NCBI GenBank assembly: GCA_043228905.1
Contig: JBHGNT010000169.1
Location: forward strand, 1-61,924
Length of the DNA: 61,924 nucleotides
Source of the DNA: Azolla caroliniana
Taxonomy: Eukaryota; Plantae; Polypodiophyta
Direction of reading: 5' to 3'
Position 1 is the first letter of the stretch; each line of letters opens with the position of its first letter. Of the stretch, positions 58,987-61,924 are shown piece by piece. Made by a program: the position numbers and the translations under genes. The notes beneath the pieces are model-generated. The model did no database searches. It was not told the origin of the DNA and saw only the letters and a program-made list of their open reading frames with translations.

Positions 58987-59794
58987 TAGGGTTTCGGTTG
59001 AAAACCCTAATTTCTATCATAATCCTAATTTCCACAGTATTTCTTTCTTTTCAGCACGCGTCCTTGACTCCCTCTCATGCTCTATTCTAATCCTACATCT
59101 TGTTCTCTACTGCAAACTCAAGCTTTCACTGAAACCCTAAGTTTAGCTAAGTTTAGCAAAAGCCCTAATTAATTAATTAACTAATATTTTTCAATGAATT
59201 AATTAATTTTTTGGTGAATTAAGATATGTACTAGTAAATTAATTAATTATTATATTAGTGAGTTAATTATTTATGGATGTATGTGTGTGTATATACATAT
59301 ATGAGTGATATATGTGTGTGTATACACATATATGTATGTGTGTGTATATGTCAATCATCTCTTCTTCTTCGCATTATGATTTCCTCAAAGAAAGAAAGAA
59401 AGATATATGAGTTAGACTCATATCAAGAGAGTGTGACTCATGAGGCAATTGTATTGAACATCGGAACTGAGTCAATTATCGTTTTCTGGTGTAGAAGAAA
59501 TTAAGGAAAACTCAGACAGGGAGGGGCATCCATGGAAATACAGAGAAACTCAGAAACTCAGAAATACGGAAAACTCAGACAGGGAGGGGCATCCATGGAA
59601 ATACAGAGAAACTCAGAAACTCAGAAATACCCCCCCCCCCCCCCCCCCTTTCTCCTCCTCCTCCTCCTCTGTTTCTCTGTTCCTCTCTGCACTCTCCTTC
59701 TCTCAAGCTTCTCTCCTCCTGGTCGACAGGAATTTTGGGGATTTCTCCATCCACGACTCACAGGCCTCCTGCGTATCGATATAATTTAGGGTTT
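58987..59794. promoter_or_regulatory. Telo-box motifs in the LSM1 upstream region
   Basis: TTAGGGTTT at ~58987 and ~59786; AAACCCTAA at ~59003 and ~59133. Telo-boxes are known from promoters of plant translation and RNA-processing genes. Confidence 0.5.
59505..59630 (+). repeat. 63-bp tandem duplication upstream of LSM1
   Basis: ggaaaactcagacagggaggggcatccatggaaatacagagaaactcagaaactcagaaatac twice, followed by a poly(C) run. Confidence 0.9.
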
Positions 59795-59945
59795 CTGCAT
59801 CGCCCATTTGGGTTCCCTGAGCAGGAGAGAAAAGAAGAAGAAGAAGAAAAAACAGGAACGTTTGGTGTTTTCCGTCCTATTCAGTCGTCGCGCGTTGAGG
59901 GGAGTATCTCTCGCAGTCGGGAAAATGCTGTAAATTTCGGGAGGA

Positions 59946-61481
59946 ATGTCTGCTCTCGACCCCTTCTTTGGGACTTCTCTGGCAGGGAATCTTGACAGTG
60001 AGTCCACTTATTCCTTATCCTTTTTTATTTCCTTGCTCACAGACAGAGAGACATAGATAGAGAGAGATAGAGAGATAGAAACAGAGTGTGTGTTTTCTAA
60101 TAGGAAGAGAGATGAAAAGAAATACGAATTTGTCTACGAATGGAAACGTGAAATGTTATCAGAGACAGAGATAGAAATAGATACTAAATTTGTGTTACAG
60201 TCACGGGAGGCCCTGAATATGATCTATTGGATTGGGGGGGAGAACCCATGGTGAGGATTGAACTTGGGTTCTCTCAATTTTATGACGTCGATTCTACAAT
60301 GTAAAGTGCCACGCGAAATGCTGGAGGGATAGGGATAGAGGGAGATGATGACTAGGAGGCGAGGGGCATGATATATGATATATGACCTACTCAAGATGAA
60401 AGAAAATGTGATATTAACGTCTGCATGAGCCAAGGATACCAATGAGACCTATGTTCAAAGCTGATCACAGATTATTGAAACCAAGAAACAAACGGGAACA
60501 ATAACTTGACATGCGACGCGGAGCATTACTAGAAACAATTAGAAATAAATAAATAAACAAAATAATCAAGGTGATTACAGTTCTTGGATTCAAGTTTATT
60601 ATGGAAATTAACCCTTTCGAATGAAGCATGGAATTTATATGTACATAAACCAAGGCTTGGCTAGTATGTTACTTGAGAGTAGCCATGGCTAACTGGCATA
60701 AGAAAATAGCATGATAGATACTTTATATGGAGAGTTAGTTAAGTTTGGTTGAATCCCATAAACGATAATCATGATTGTAAACTCTCAACTGCAAGATTGT
60801 TACCACATGATGAAAATCAAAATGTTTTGAAGGAACAGGCATAGTCCTGAAAGATGGTGAGACCGTTTACAATTTGGTAGAAACAATAATGCAAGAAAAT
60901 ATTGATTTGGCACATTTTATGAACTAGAAGACCCATAACTATGTTAGGAAATAGTTCTTTTGAGATATAAAATTCACGTGCTTTAGTGAAGTGCGGAGGT
61001 GTATCATCTTTTTTTCATTATTATCAAACAAATAAATTCCTTTACAGAAAAACTTCTTGTAATATTACGGGATGGACGGAAGCTGATAGGCATCCTTCGA
61101 TCATTTGATCAGTTTGGTATGTAGCAATTCTACTCATATACTGAAATTTGTATTTTGGATTCTATTTTTAAAGTTCTTTACAATTCAAGTTCCCCCTTCC
61201 CAGCAAATGTGGTCCTTGAAGGTGCTCTAGAGAGAATAATAGTCGGAGATCTATTTTGTGATCTACCTCTGGGACTATACATCATTCGTGGTGAGAATGT
61301 GGTGCTTATTGGCGAACTGGTATGTTCTTGTTCTCCGCATACTTATATAATATATTATGTAGTGTGTTTTGTTGCGGCTATGGCCCTTAGCTTTAATATT
61401 CTGTACTTCTTTGTACAGGATCTAAGTAAAGACGATCTTCCACCTCATATGCAAAGAGTCACTCGAAAAGAAATAGAAAAG
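59946..61481 (+). CDS. LSM1: Sm-like protein LSM1 (mRNA decay, LSM1-7 complex); exons 59946-59997, 61048-61116, 61204-61319, 61419-61481; last exon beyond the window
   Basis: GT-AG introns with consistent phases give MSALDPFFGTSLAGNLDKKLLVILRDGRKLIGILRSFDQFANVVLEGALERIIVGDLFCDLPLGLYIIRGENVVLIGELDLSKDDLPPHMQRVTRKEIEK, containing the Sm1/Sm2 motifs typical of LSM1. Confidence 0.93.
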
Positions 61482-61924
61482 GTTTGTGAAATGCTTCTCT
61501 CAGTAATATCAAAACCCAAATTCTGGATTTGCTTTTTGTTGAATTAATTGGAAGAAATTTAAAATTATTCCAGTCTTGTCAGGACTGTTTTAGCTTCAGA
61601 AGTTCAAAATGTGGAAAGGCTTTTGTTTAAAATCTCAGGAAGAATACTTTTATGTTTTCATTCATAATTCAAGTTTCATACCAAAAATTGATATCCAAGG
61701 CCGTCAAAGATAAAAAGTGTAGGCAAAAATTGATTCTTCTGACATTACAGTTGAAACACATGACAAATGTTTTAACAAGTTTCCATCCTTAATAATTGCA
61801 ATCTATCTATTTTGAATACTTCATTATAACCATTGTAGAGAATACAATGTGCATGATGTTTTAAGATCTGCATCTGAAATTCTGCCAATATAGGCTACTA
61901 TGGTTTCATTTGTAGAATTCTGAT

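Noticed and set aside
61155-61547. 130-aa ORF as a standalone gene
   Set aside because: It is LSM1 exons 3 and 4 read through in-frame intron sequence.

Overview
Eukaryotic, most likely non-seed land-plant (moss, fern or lycophyte-like) heterochromatic DNA; the taxon is inferred from element types only. About 55 kb (3268-58361) is a multi-level nest of retroelements: a very young intact Ty1/copia element (9143-14765), two degenerate relatives of it, two copies of a second copia family, three Tcn1-like chromoviruses (one near-intact, 28142-33764), non-chromodomain Ty3/gypsy elements with a tRNA-Trp PBS plus two related solo LTRs, a 5'-truncated L1 LINE, a 4-kb foldback TIR element and a 138-bp hairpin MITE. 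The only host gene is LSM1 at the right end (4 coding exons seen, 3' end outside the window). The most unusual region is 1-3267, a non-coding C-rich composite element. It carries a TATA box followed by a minimal type I hammerhead ribozyme with a palindromic stem III (2275-2336), and a ~570-bp inverted duplication places a second copy on the opposite strand (2781-2842). This resembles Penelope-like elements or retrozymes. Other notable signals: self-priming PBS complementarity in the chromoviruses, -1 frameshift cassettes (one between protease and RT), antisense Pol III A/B-box modules in three unrelated families, CpG-centred 4-bp target sites, and a copia Gag swap. All calls were read by eye; no searches or folding programs were run.
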